Positions 25,560 through 38,981 of a stretch of DNA of 64,000 bases are shown piece after piece. Where the stretch lies: the NCBI RefSeq assembly GCF_018350175.1, contig NC_058368.1:53694001-53758000 (forward strand), written 5' to 3'. This DNA is from Felis catus (Eukaryota). Below the pieces are notes generated by a model, which did not search any database, was not told the origin of the DNA, and saw nothing but the letters and a program-made list of their open reading frames with translations. The position numbers and the translations under genes were made by a program. The number at the start of each line of letters is the position of its first letter. Within the stretch, counting starts at the first letter, position 1.

Positions 25560-25800
25560 TGAGTTGAAATAGTTTGGTGGCTACAAGCAGATTATTTTGA
25601 TTCTCTAGTACTACCTGTTTGTCCTTAGGCACATTGTTTAACCTCCTCACACCCCAATTCCCTAATCTATAATCTGGGGAATAACAAGATCTGTCTCATA
25701 GGACAACTGTCAGGATTAAATGAGATATGGTATTTAGTTCAAAGCCCATTTTCATTAGTGTCTGAACATTGTAAAATTTTAATTAATGGTAGCTATATTA
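25560..25800 (+). mobile_element. MIR
   Basis: ..TTTAACCTC..TTCCCTAATCTATAATCTGGGGAATAACA..AGGATTAAATGAGAT MIR core. Confidence 0.7.
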
Positions 25801-25953
25801 TTTTTAGTAGTAATAGTATTACTAGTGCTACTGCTACTATAAAATTATCCACTGGTTGGTTATTTATGTAAACCATGTAAGTTCCTATCCATTCATTCAT
25901 TCAACACGTATTAGAAATGTGTCAGGCTGGGAGCTAAAGAGACAAAAAGTGAA

Positions 25954-25955
<2 letters not shown>

Positions 25956-26003
<48 letters not shown>

Positions 26004-26099
26004 CTACATACACACACATACACACACACATATGCACACATATACATACATAAACACATATATATAACGTGCATATGTATACATACACATACTTTATTA

Positions 26100-26130
<31 letters not shown>
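25956..26130. repeat. Compound (TA)n/(CA)n/(TACA)n microsatellite
   Basis: Directly visible. Confidence 0.95.
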
Positions 26131-26133
<3 letters not shown>

Positions 26134-26282
26134 TTGTGCCTGACTCAGAAGGACTGTCTAGAATGTCCCTTATCTTTGTCACACAGGAAAATAGGCTTCG
26201 GGTATAGGGCATTACTGACACAAAGAGATTGATAGGGCCATGGCCAGATGTCACATCTTAAAAATTTGGTCTGGTGACCCAA

Positions 26283-26676
26283 TGTTAAGGATTCAAACAA
26301 GCTCCAAATCAATCAGGTCATCACCAGCTAAGGACAGGTATTTTGACTTTATTGTTAGAACCAAACCAGGGAGGACAATAAAGAGAGTGAACTCAATTTG
26401 GTTTTGGTTTTGTTGCAGCTGGATTACTATCATCTAGGAGCCATTTAGCAAATAGACGAGAGACACATGGCTTTATTTATAGCAGTCTGTAGGGAAGGAA
26501 TGCAGTCGATTGCGCCATTCCTTCCGCTGTAGTTTAGCTACAGAATTATCTCTATCAGGTGGAGGATGCATTAGGCAAACATCGGCTCATACCGGAATGT
26601 AGGCAAATTGATCTCTAAATGGACGGTGCTGGTTAATTAGGCAACGCAGTCTCACGTGGGGAGTGACAGTTTTACA
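26283..26676 (-). mobile_element. Putative ancient solo LTR (family unassigned)
   Basis: On the minus strand: TGTAAAA start, TATAAATA, downstream AATAAA, and TTAACA end. No TSD found. Confidence 0.5.
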
Positions 26677-28236
26677 AGTGGGGAAATTTAGTACAAGTAG
26701 TTCTTAAAATTTCTTGAAATAAACATCACCCCTGGTTTTATTTTAAAACATACTTTTATACTTCTGCCAATTCAGAGAGTTGAGTTAAAATTATCCTAAT
26801 GATTTATACCGTTGATACTTCCGACCATGTGTGGGCACTATTTCAATTGTACTGGTCTGATGGTATCGCACTTATACCCTTCACTCTGAAATAAACATTC
26901 CCCAAAGCTCTCAAACAGATAGTGCTCAGAGCTTTCCCCTGGGTCCTCTTTTGAATTAAATCAATTAGGAGAAGGCCATATGTTCACCATATGTATGTCA
27001 ACTTGCCAGGGATTCTTGAAAGGAGAAGGACATTTGAAAAAGTCACAGATCACTTGGAAACACACAAAATGAAAAAGGATTAATCGACCAACCAGTTAAA
27101 TCTCTATTTCTATCATTCAAAAGTTGATTAAAATTAGACAAGATAACGTACCTCCCGATGATCATAATATATTGCACTTTCAATTTTTTTTTCCATTCTC
27201 ATATGCAATTAATTTCTCAGGCAGTATAGAGAATCAATCACTCTTTATCAAGTTTTCTTCACCTGTTCACCTGGAAAAAGTAAAATGATTGCCAGGCCAG
27301 AGGTAGTAGATCTTGACAAAATTCTTTAGAGTTCACTAGTCTATAGACTGTGCAGCGACATTTGGTGAAGATTTTGTCCATTAACTGGGTTGGGAATCTA
27401 GTTGGCTGAAACCCGATTATAGTATCGTGACAAGTTAGAGTGGGGATGTGCAGAGTAGGTCTGTTGGCCTGACTTTTTAATTGCACAGATACTGTTATTC
27501 CACTTTGAATCTTTTAGAAGGCCTCACATGGTGTTTGGCGCATAGCGGAAGTTCCATACATATTTTAAAAATTGGAACAGTGAGGAGACAGGGCTAGAGA
27601 AGCTAAGGGGCATCAACAAGGCTATCTAGTTAGTGAACAGGTCTTCTGACTTCTAAACCTTTTGCTTCTACACTATGAACACCAGCAAGTATTCTCCACA
27701 GGCTCCCACACCTCCCCACTGCCCATGCCACCTCCCAGGTTAAGTGTGGGGCTCTTATCTTGGCATTCATCACGTCTGTCCAGTCCCATCTCCCTTTCTT
27801 CTTTACATTATGTAGGTGAACTTGTGTGCTTGTCCATATGTTTTCTGGATTTAGCCTCCTGTTTCCATTTTTGTTGTTGTTGTTGTTCCTTTGCTCAAGC
27901 TGTTCCTTTCACAGTGACAACCTTTTCTATCCATCTCTACTTTTCAAAATCTTAGCTACTTCTTAAATTATGGGCAAATTTAAGTAGAGGGTAGAGGAAT
28001 GGGACCAAACCTGGTAAAAACAAAACAAAAAAACACCACCAAAAATAGTTTGATTACAAGTAGCAAATATCCCAGGTGGTTTCCAGAAGGGTGGCAGAAG
28101 TATGTCCTTGATTGAATGTGTGCAGTAAGTTGCATATTTAGTCTCCATTACAGGGAGTTGAAGTGCTAAAAATGTGGGGATAAAGGGTCTGCTTGGGCCT
28201 GCTCTGGAAAAATTAAACCATACAGAAATTATTTTT

Positions 28237-28466
28237 TTATTGTTAAAAAATTTTTTTTTAATGTTTATTTTTGAGAGAGAGAGAGAGAAAGCGCATGCAT
28301 CACGGGCGGGGGAGGGGCAAAGAGAGAGGGAGACACAGAACCCGAAGCAGGCTCCAGGCTCTGAGTTGTCAGCACAGAGCCTGACGCGGGGCTCGAACTT
28401 GTGAGTTGGAGATCATGACCTGAGCCCAAGTCGGACAGTCAAACGACTGAGCCACCCAGGTACCCC
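28237..28466 (-). mobile_element. SINEC_Fc
   Basis: Perfect 14-bp TSD CAGAAATTATTTTT at 28223-28236 and 28467-28480. Confidence 0.95.
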
Positions 28467-28621
28467 CAGAAATTATTTTTAATGCAGCCCTATGCTTCCC
28501 TTCTTCTTTTGGCTCTTTTCTCCTTTTCCATCCCACAAATTCACTTAAAGTTGTCCAAAGTTTTATTGCTATCCCTAAAGCCAGAGGACTTTACAAAGGT
28601 AAAAACAGTAATAGTTCCTCC

Positions 28622-29051
28622 TTTTTTTTTTTAATGTTTATATACTTATTTTGAGAGATAGCATGCACACACAGACATGATGGAGAGGCAGAGAAAGAGG
28701 GAGAAAGAAAATCCCAAGCAGGCTCCACACCCAGGACAGAGCCTGACTTGGGGCTTGATCTCACATCTGTGAGAAGTCAAGAGTCCAATACTCAGGGCCC
28801 CTGGGTGTCTCAGTCAGTTGAGTGCCAACTTTGGCTCAGGTCATGATCTCATGGTTCTTGAGTTGGAGCCCCACATCAGGCTCTGTGCTGACAGCTCAGA
28901 GCCTGGAGCCTGTTTCGGATCCCATGCCTCCCCCTCTCTCTGCCCCTCCCCTGCTCGTGCTCTGTCTCTCTCTCTCAAAAATAAAATAAACATAAAAAAA
29001 ATTAAAAAAAAAAAGTCCAGTGCTTAACCAATTGAGTCACCCAGGTGCCCC
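28622..29051 (-). mobile_element. Older CAN-SINE split by a nested SINE
   Basis: 3' part at 28622-28793 and 5' head at 29011-29051 (..TTAACCAATTGAGTCACCCAGGTGCCCC). Confidence 0.88.
28794..29010 (+). mobile_element. SINEC_Fc nested in an opposite-strand SINE
   Basis: Complete + strand SINE flanked by degenerate TSD AAGAGTCCAATACTC / AAAAGTCCAGTGCTT. Confidence 0.92.
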
Positions 29052-29099
29052 TCCTTCTTGCTTCCTAGTTCTGTCCAATAGTAACACAGCAACAACAGA

Positions 29100-29325
29100 A
29101 AATTCTTATGTGGTGCTTGCTTACTCTGTGTCAGGAATGGTTTCAGAATATACAAACATGTTTAATTCCCATAATCAACTTTGGAGGTAAATACTATTAT
29201 TAGCACAATTGTGCAGATGAGGAAACTGAGCCATGGAGAATGTAAGCAACCTGTCTAAATTGCCCAGCTAGTAAATGGAAGAGCCAGGATTTAAATTCAT
29301 CAGTGTGGCTTCAGTCTGCTTTTAA
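29100..29325 (-). mobile_element. MIR
   Basis: CAGATGAGGAAACTGAG..CAGCTAGTAAATGGAAGAGCCAGGATTTAAA MIR core. Confidence 0.8.
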
Positions 29326-31507
29326 CGGTGACTTATAAGCATATCCTCCTTTACTCTGACCCCTGACTGCTGGGTTGTGGTCAGTGGGAGATAACTAGCT
29401 AATTACATTTCTATTTGTCCTGACTGGAGTCCCTAATTGGATTTCTGGATATAGAAACTTTTTTTCTCTTTTTATGTCCTTTCTGACTTGAATATGGTTC
29501 CTTTTATGATAAACTTAGCTTTCAAATAATTAAATAAACAAATATTGTTAAATTTCATTAGCAATAGTCTCACTTTCTTTTTCCATTTTCAGTTTTGTGA
29601 CTTATCCAGGTTATTGTCTGTGCCTTTGGTCTTAAATTTCCCTCTTTTATCTGCTCATTTAAAACTCTTTGTTTGCTAAAAGTATCTGCAACTCTGCACA
29701 GCTCTACCTTTGGTCAACACTTACCCATGAAATCCTGTTGAAGGTATCTTACCCTCCTCCAGGCTGGCCAGTATCTTCCTTCTCTATGTCTTTTTGAAGG
29801 TCCATGATTACTTTTTTATATAAAATTTAACTCACTGATTTTTATATACCATCTCCTAAATGCCTGAAGTTTACCATTTACATCTTAAATGAGACATTTT
29901 GTCTCTTAAGTTCGGTACACAGATATGGAAGAACCTTGGGGGAGAGGTACATAAATTTATTTGCTGATATTGGGGCAAAGCCATAAGTAGAGAACTATGT
30001 CCCATATATTTATATTTTGCAAAGATCCCTGAGTTCAAGATGGTAAAAATACTCCATCACCATGAAAATTCTGGAAGTGCCTATAGTAAACTAGAATGAG
30101 GACAATGACAGAAATCCTACGCAAGGAAAATATGATAGTTCAGATTAAAAAAAAGGAACAGCTGTATGAAGAAAGATTTACAGTAAGAAATGTGAAACCA
30201 TTTTGGGAAGAGTTACAATATTTTAGGGAGAGAACCACTTACTATCTGAAGAGGACATAGATTCAAAGAAAAAGTAATAAATGGAATGGGAGTATTTCAG
30301 TGCATCTTATCTCTTGCTATAATAGGAAGTAAACAGACAAAATGAAATTAACCCTTGGCACTCAATGCCCTGGTGGTTTTCTTGCAAAAGGGCTGGACCA
30401 TATGGTAAGAACTGCCTCTGTGACAACACAGGCTCAGATGAAATTTCAAGGATTATAAATCCTCTTGTTTCATCTCATAATTTGATCACCAGCTGGCATC
30501 GGGAAGTATAACATTGCACGATTAAGTGTCTATGGGTTTTTTATATCCTCCTCAGTAGCATCCGGATTTGGCCTCCGCATTCTGGAAAACAGAATGTGGC
30601 ACTACTCCAGGATGATCATTAATCTGCCTCAGTAGGGCAGTCTTCCACACGGGAGCCCATCCATAATGGTCTGTTGTAGTGATCTGTCACACCATATGGG
30701 GGAAGACGAAACAAGAGATTGAGCAATAGAGGGACACACACAACTTGGAATCCTGGCAAAAATGGAAAAGAAGGAAGGAAGCGTTACATATCATCTGTCC
30801 ACGTAGCTGAGCAGAGGTCAAGTAGTTAATTACATGCGCATTGTTGGTCTTAGAGTCTGTCATACAGACATGGAGGGGAAAGAGAACCAGCAGGGATTAT
30901 AAATCAGTGTTTCTGGAGAGGTACCAAATTAAATATCCTTTCTGTGATATCTTTCAGGGACCAGTTGAATATGAGGGAATAGAGTCCCTGGAAGGCACCG
31001 CCATGCTGTGTGCACTGTGCTTGTGCATTTGATATGGGTTGTACAGAGAAGGCCTACAGGAGATAGATACGATATAAGCCACGGTATGTATCCCACGTTT
31101 CTTTAATATGGATGGTCAATGAACTCTGTGCCCTTTTCCAACCCTGTGTCCCCCTACCCTTTGTCCCACCTTATACTGGAGCCATACTGCACTATTCATA
31201 GTAGTTCACATTTGTTCACTTTCTAGAGCTTGGGCCTGCCTGGAAGAGGGAGAGATGGATGGTTGAATGGATAATTGGCCGGGTTAGATGAATACATGAA
31301 TAAACGAATGTTTGCCCACAGCAACACTTTCTGTAACCAGTCAGCTGTTTAACACAAATACTAGTGGCAGTTAGAGGTTTATCTCCTGGAAGCAACTTTG
31401 TAGGATAGAGCAGTAGGGCAATAGCAGGTCAGGTGGAAAGAGTGGGCATATAGAAAAATCTTCTGAGTGAAATTGTGCGACTTTCTTATTTCAATTAGAA
31501 CTTTTAT

Positions 31508-31692
31508 GGGGCACCTGGGTGGATCAGTCAGTTAAGCGGCTGACTTAGGCTCAGGTCATGATCTCGCCGTTCCCAAGTTTGAGCGCAGTGAAGGGCTCTG
31601 TGCTGACAGCTCAGAGCCTGGAGCCTGTTCCAGATTCTGTGTCTCCCTCTCTTTCTCTGGCCCTCTACTACTTATGCTCTGTCCCTCTCTCA

Positions 31693-31732
<40 letters not shown>

Positions 31733-31750
31733 AAAAAAATAAAAAAAAAT
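31508..31750 (+). mobile_element. SINEC_Fc with long poly(A)
   Basis: GGGGCACCTGGGTGGATCAG head; long A run beginning at 31693. Confidence 0.93.
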
Positions 31751-34700
31751 CTTCCCCATTCAGTCTTCTTCTGTGGTCCTTGAGTTATTTAATACATGGT
31801 GTCCTGTTAGTTTTAAACATTTTAAAATGGTAACCAAAAGTATTTTGTAATGCAACTTCCAGGATTCATGAACTAATAGATGTTAGCAAATGCAAACTGG
31901 GAAACTGTTAAAACCAAATGGGATAATCTGTTTTACAGCATATATTTTCAACTCTCTTAAGGTAAGACTGGGCTAATGTCAGCTCAGCTGCAAGAGACAA
32001 AAGGATTCAGTGACTGGAAGGAAGAAGGGAAAACAACTTTTTTTTTTTTTTTAACCTATCTTTCAGGGGAAGGAGCTCACTCAGCAGGTGGGGTCTCAGG
32101 GCTCTGGGAGAGCAATTACATTGTGCAGCCACAGACAACAGGAAGTGAGTGCAAACAGGGCCTCTCCTCAACATAAACACACACAGACTTAACCTACGGC
32201 TGAACTTCTGCCCTTGAGTGACCAGCGCCATTAGGACACGGGTCAAAAGGTTGTAGGGTGACAGAAAATGGAGCCTTCTTGAATGAAAGAGAAAATGAAA
32301 AATTCTTTTGTTTGCTTAACACTGTGGTTTGTATAGCTACTGTGATGTCAGAATGGAGTCCAGAGTGGGAAAAAGAAGTCCCTGATTTATCACAGTCTGA
32401 GAAAGGCAGTTGGCGTATTCAGTGAAGGACTGAAAAAAAAAAATCATGTGGAAGATCTACATAAAAGGAAATAAAAGTGCCTCTCCCTGTTTTTAAGGGG
32501 GCATGCAGACTTGATCAGTCTTTGGTGATAGTGAGAAGGGATGGGAGCATCAGAACACGTTGCTTTCTATAATGGGCAGGATGGAAGAAATACAGACACA
32601 GGTGCACAGCTGGCTGGCCAACACTCTTCCCTCCCGTTCTCCGCAGCAGCCACCCCCGTCACAGCCGGTTAGGAAAAACTTTTTGGTGCTAAAAGCTGTA
32701 CATTCTGGGAGTACATTTAGTAATAACATACGAATGCATGAATTTATATATATTCATCTACTAAAAGGCATGGCAACATGAAACTCACCTGGCAGATTGT
32801 TTAACCTCATAGACAAGTATAGAAACTAGAGATTTCCTGTTGTGCTTGGCTATTTCCACCCATTCAAACTCTGACACATTCATTTGCAAGTTCTGGATGA
32901 TTCTATTTCTTCTAGAATGTTTCTTCAGGGTAAAACAAAATAACCATTTAAATGAGGATGCAAAAGACCATCCTGTGTTCCAATTCAGCCTATCATTCTG
33001 TTGGTAAAGATAATATTTTTTTGTAAAAAATTAAAAAAAGGGAAGAAAAGAAAAATTATATTATGTTGCTTAAGGGGGTTGTTGAACTCCAAAACGTCTG
33101 GCATTCTAGAACCTCTTTTACTTTGTACCTTCTCTTGGGTTGGACTTTAGCTATGTAACTTTGCTTCTAACAGCTGAACAAGTGATGAACTAACTACCTA
33201 TTGCTTTTCAAAATGAGCTTTATATTTGAGATAATTGAACAGGTTCATACGTGCTATTTTTTTAATGCTGTTTTGAGCAAGTTACCTTTGAGCATTCCTA
33301 TGTTTTGTTTCTTAGGGTACCCCCATGTTACAACCACGACAGGCCCTCAGAAACAAGGCTTTATAGCTCCTTGCAAATGCTGAGCAGACGCGAACACCCT
33401 CCTGGGAGATTGATGAGTCCTATTAACCTTGTTGCATAGATGGAAACTCAGAAACAAAGTGGCTGTGAGGATTAGGAGGAAGTCAATGTCAGCACCAGGA
33501 TTAGAATTCACACTTGCCTGGTTTCTCATCCCATGACCAGCTCCCCCATGGATCCCAGCTTTGTCTCCAGGCCCTGAGTGAGGGGGCAGGGAGTTTCCTA
33601 ACGTTGACAGAATTCCCTTATCCTCAGGCCTCCATGTTGCAAGAAGGCCCTTTTAATAAGTGACAGAGCTGGAAAGTAACTTGGAGGTGATTTTCCCCCC
33701 AATCTCCAAACTTTATAAGTGAGAAAAATGTCATAAAATTGCTAGATCCAGAAGAAGAATATCCAGCTTGCAGTAATATCATGGGGCGGGGCCAATCAGT
33801 GTAGTGGAAAGTACCAGAAAGGATTTGGAGCCCAGCATTTGAGGCCTGGCTTTGACTTTTATTGAACCTGTCCCTTGTCTGGAAAATGTAGAAAACAACA
33901 ACAACTTTAAGGTTTTATGGAGAGTAAATATTCTAAGTACATAAGATGTTGTAGGCATGTCCTAAAATATTTGCTCACCCGTATGTTCATCTTTTCTCCC
34001 ATCAGAGTAACACAATTTCTCTAGTTGAGAAAAGCAGTATCCAAATGCATTCTCCTAAGGGTTAAATCCCAAATCAGTGGGACTTCGTGGGGCTCTGATC
34101 TTGGAGCTTTGTTGAGCGCAGTGTCAGGAGTTAGGGTCCGTGTGAGGTACATGGCAGTTTAATGCATCCAGGCCAGAGTTGCCCAGAGCCCTCAGTGGTA
34201 TTTTGTGCCACGGGTAGGATTTGATGGACTCCCACACGGAGTTCAGGGGGGCCAAGTGTAGAGGCAGTCTAGGGAATGAAGATCATTTGAATGTCAATGT
34301 TCTAGAAGGTGTCACCTTGATGCATGAACCATGTGCTGATTCACACTGGCATATGTTCTCTCCAGACAGGCCCACTCTTTCTTCCTTACCTCCCTTCTCC
34401 CTCCCCAATTTTCTTTTGCCACTCCTCCAAAAGAATATCTGCTTTTTCTAATTTGACAAGCACGGTCTTTGTCCTCTATGTAATTACTGAGCATAATTTG
34501 CCTTTTTCCCTCTGAGAAGAGATTTGCAATTTATCTTCATGAGTCTGAAAGTGAAGGGGAAAAATCCCCTGAGCTCTTTTCTTCAAATCTAAACTGGGAT
34601 TTTCAGGCCAGAAGCCTGAAGTGGATGGTTGAAGCAATCACAAAAAGGGGATTTCTGTCAGATAAGAAGGGCCACTGGCCTCTGCCTCCCAGAGTAGGTG

Positions 34701-34829
34701 CTATACCTTTATGTTAAAATATTCAAAACCAGAATGTGCTCCAGGAGGGAAGGTTTAGAATAGGAACGATTGGGAGAATTGTTTTAATAATGCCCTCCTC
34801 ACCATGTAATGGGAACATTATGGCAATAA

Positions 34830-35070
34830 CAGTTACTGAGAATCTATTAGGAGCCATGCCCAGTGCTGTGCTTTTATGTACGATGTCTTGTTTAGTCCTC
34901 AAAATAGCTTTGTGAGGTAGGTTCTATTACTCCCATACGTACAGGAGGTACTGTGTTGCAGAGAAGCTGGGTATGGGAGCTCTGGGCACAGATCTTATAG
35001 ACCACCCAGCAGAAATTCAAACTGAGAAGGATCTATCTCCAGAGTCCATGCTCTTGACCACCATGTTTTA
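34830..35070 (-). mobile_element. MIR
   Basis: ..TTACTGAGAATCTA..GTCCTCAAAATAGCTTTGTGAGGTAGGTTCTATTACTCCCAT..GCTCTTGACCAC. Confidence 0.7.
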
Positions 35071-35711
35071 CTAGCGGTTTTGCTGATCTTGGCTTAAGTA
35101 AACTCAAACATTCTTTACTCTCCTAATCTTGTCCTTGGGGAATGTAGGACTCTTCTTCTCTGATCCAAGAGGGATCTGCTTTTTGGTCTACTCCTTACTG
35201 TCTTCAAAGGCCTGGGTCAGCAGTGTGCAAAGGCATCACACAGTATGCATTTGGCTTCCAGGCATTGGCGGTAGCCTTCTTACCCTGGTTGATGGCCCAG
35301 TATGGTTGGGGTTTGGGCGCGATGGAAGATGAACCAATTTCTGGGGAGTTAGGAGCAACGGGCTATGGTATTTGGAAGCTTATGAAGAAGACTGCCACAA
35401 CAGTGTATCTCACATTTGATCTTGGAATGAAGGGCTGGGAGGAGTTTGCTGAGTGTAAATTCTTTAGGGTAAACAGAATCATCTTAGTCTGCCCTCAAGG
35501 CAGTTTTTTGTGCCCGCCATGGGATTCAGGGCTCTAGCAACTCATCTCTATCAGTTCTCCATCAACATAAAACCTAGCACTAAGATTTTATTTGCAAGGC
35601 TTAGGTTAGGGACTTTCTGGGGCTGAACTATTTCTATCATTTTCTACATCCTAAAGACTAGACACAATAGGATTCAAGACCACTCCCTGGGTCTGTTCTC
35701 CTTATGATTTC

Positions 35712-35875
35712 TTTATATTTCAGGGGCGGGGGGGGGGGGAGTAGTAGGGGAGGGGCAGAGAGAGAGGGACAGAGGCTCCATGCTATCAGGGCTAGAACCC
35801 ACGAACTGTGAGAGCATGATGTGAGTCAAAATCAAGAATCAGCCTCTTAACTGACCGAGCCCCAAGCTCAGCCCC
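35712..35875 (-). mobile_element. Degenerate CAN-SINE
   Basis: GGGGAGGGGCAGAGAGAGAGGG..GAACTGTGAGAGCATGA..TTAACTGACCGAGCC. Confidence 0.8.
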
Positions 35876-36543
35876 TCTTTAGATTTATGTGTGGATTATT
35901 TGATGATATTTTAAGGAAGCCCAAGATTGTTAAGTGACTCGATAGTGTGTGATTTAAGGGCGTTTCACACAGCCTCCTTGAGTTTTCTAAAACACTAACT
36001 GGCAGAGCCTTGAAAACTTCTGGCCATTTCTGCAAAGCTTGCCTGCTGATTTGAGAGCATTTTAACTTGTGAAAGCCCCGGATTCCCCTTCCTCCTTTCT
36101 CTGGTAGACTTCTGCCCCCTGCAATGGTCCATGCACTGGGCCTCAGACTGGAATTGACCTCTCCATGGAGAAGTGAGGTTAAAAATGACATGAAAATCTT
36201 TTTTTTTTTTTTTTTTTTTTTTAGCATTGTCCATTATTACTCATCCTGTTTAATAAAAGGGCAACTCCTGCTTTGGTGTTCCCCCTGAAACTGATGTATT
36301 TAAAATGTAAGAAATGTAAAGAATGCTTATTGTGAACCATAAAAGTGCACAATAGTGTAGGCACCTATGCAGCCTTCTCCTCTTGGCTTCTGGGCAAAGA
36401 CACACTTGCCCTGAGGAAGGTGGGAAGAAGTTTGAGGGCAGCAAGGGTGGTGTGTTAATGTAGTTCTCTTTCTTTTCAGGGAAGCTGCTATTATTTTCTA
36501 CATTGGAAAATAACTAAGTGACATTTAGAATTAAACTCTCCCT

Positions 36544-36767
36544 GGGGCTCCTGGGTGGCTAGTCAGTTAAGCGTCCAGCTTCAGCTCAGGTCATTATCTC
36601 GCAGTTCTTGAGTTCGAGCCCTGCACCGGGCTCTTTGCTGACAGCTCAGAGCCTGTAGCCTGCTTCAGATTCTTTGTCTCCCTGTCTCTCTGCTCCTCCC
36701 CTGCTTGTACTCTGTCTCTCTCTTTCTCTGAAAAATAAACAAACATTAAAAGAAATTTAAAAAAAAT
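36544..36767 (+). mobile_element. SINEC_Fc
   Basis: Head GGGGCTCCTGGGTGGCT; TSD AATTAAACTCT..CCCT. Confidence 0.94.
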
Positions 36768-37525
36768 AATTAAACTCTTCCCTGGGAAAGTGATATGGAT
36801 ATTGAGGGACTCCAGTAAAAATCACTTTCGGCCCCTTTGCATGATTTAATTCTTTTTCTCCTCTTTCCTAAATATCACATGTTGGGAAAAATAATGGGCT
36901 TAAGTACAGTGCTAAATAACCATGGTTAACAGCAGAAGAAAGGTAACTTTTTCTTTGATTGAAACAAGTGACTTCTCTCACATGGAGCCTCAGCTCCTGG
37001 GCGGAGCCTGGTTGAGTGGCTGCTCTGTCCTCTGTTTCGAGAAAGACAAAGCTTTCCCGAGGCTACAGGGACGCCAAGGCCACAATTCTGAAAGGGAAAA
37101 GGTTTTCTTATTGTCAATTAGGACTTAGTTAACTTTACCAGGGAAATAATGAGCTTGTTTCTTTATTTCAGCCTCAGGAAGACTTTACCCATACCCTTTC
37201 ACCCCTTTCTTTTTTAGGGAGTTTCCAATACTGATGCCGAAATGAATTGGTTTCTGCACAACCCAGAAGGCCAGATGGAAAGTATTTTTCTTTGCCACTG
37301 CAAAACCAAAATAACCAGTATTTCTTACGGGCGATAAGGCATGAGTACCTCATAGAAATAGTTTCCCAACTAATCACAATGGGACTCTGCCATCTTAGAA
37401 TGTCTGTTGGAATTCCAAATAAATGAAACTGAGCCCAGAGCTGGTCACAACTATGAAACAATCCTATTGTTTGGGATTGCCTGACTTATTTTCTATCATA
37501 TAGTCCAGATTTGTTCTTTTTCATT

Positions 37526-37750
37526 TATTTTATTTTATTAAAAAATTTTTTTTAATGTTTATTTTTGAGAGAGCGAGGCAGAGCATGAGCAGGGGAAGGA
37601 CAGAGAGAGAGAGGAAGACAGAATCCAAAACAGGCTCCAGGCTCTGAGCTGTCAGCATGGAGCCTAACACAGGGCTCGAACTCAGGAACAGCGAGATCAT
37701 GACCTAGGCCGAAGTCGGATGCTCAACTAACTGATCCACCCAGGTGCCCC
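37526..37750 (-). mobile_element. SINEC_Fc
   Basis: TSD TGTTCTTTT(T/C)CATTT. Confidence 0.94.
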
Positions 37751-38981
37751 TGTTCTTTTCCATTTCTTTACCTGTTCTTGGCACCATTCATTTGACCATA
37801 AGCACATGGATTTGTTTCTGGATTCTCATTTCTATTCCATTGATCTATGTCTTTCCGTATGCCAGTACCATACTTCCTTAATTATCGTTGCTTTGTATGG
37901 TGAGTTTTGACATTAAGAAGTATGAACCGCCCCCCCCCCCCCCATATTATTCTGTTTCAAGACTGTTTTGGCTATTCTGGGTCCCTTACAATTATATTAA
38001 AATTTCAGATTCAACTTGTCAATTTCTGTAAAAAATCCAGCCAGCTTTCTGACAGGCATTGCATTGAATCTGCAGGTCAACTTGGGGAGTATTTCCATCT
38101 TAACAATATTAAGACTTCTGATCCATGAACAAGGGGTGGTCTCCATTGATTTAGATCTTTTAAAATTTCCTTCAACAATATTTTGTAATCCAGAGTATAA
38201 GTTTTGAACTTCTGTTAAGTTTATTAATAATTAGTTTATTCTATTTGATATATTGTCAATGGAAGTGTTCTTTAATTTCATTTTCAGATCATTTAATTGC
38301 TAGTATATAGAAATAGAACGGATTTTTGTGTATTGATCTTGCATCCTGCAAACTTATCAACTTCATTGGTTGATTGTACTAGTTTTTTAGTGTATTCTCT
38401 AGGATTTTCTATGTACAAGATCATGTCATCTGACAAATAGAGATATAGTTTTTCCTCTCCAATCTAGATGCTTTTATTTATTTTCCTTCCCAAATTGCCC
38501 TGACTAGAACCACTAGTACAAAGTTGAATAGAAATGGCAAGAGTGGACATCCTTGTGTATTGTTCATGATCTTAGGGAAAAGTATACAATATTTCACTAT
38601 TAGGTATGGTGTTAGCTCTGAGTTTTTGTACATGCTCTTTATCGAGTTCAGAAAGATCCATTCTACTCTTATTGTGTTGAGTGTTTTGTCACAAAAGGGT
38701 ATAGATTTTGTCAAATGCCTTTTCTTCATCAATTAAGATGATTGGTTTTTGTTTTCATTCTGTTAATATAGGATATTATATTAATTGACTTTGGGGTATG
38801 AAACCAATCTTGCATTCCTGGTATAAATCTAACCTGATCATGGTGTATATATAAATTTTTTTTAATATTGTCAGATTTGGCTAATATTTTGTTTCAGATT
38901 TCTGTGTTCATGTCCATAAGAGATATTGGCCTCTTATTGAGATATTGGTAGTTTTCTTTTAGTGTCTTCACCTGTATCAGG

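Noticed and set aside
30348..34065. TTAACCCTT ... AAGGGTTAA as possible piggyBac-like termini, plus weak inverted similarity between about 30640-30665 and 34222-34245
   Set aside because: The inverted match is only 5 bp beyond TTAA, there is no transposase remnant, and the second similarity lies outside the putative ends. This is consistent with chance.
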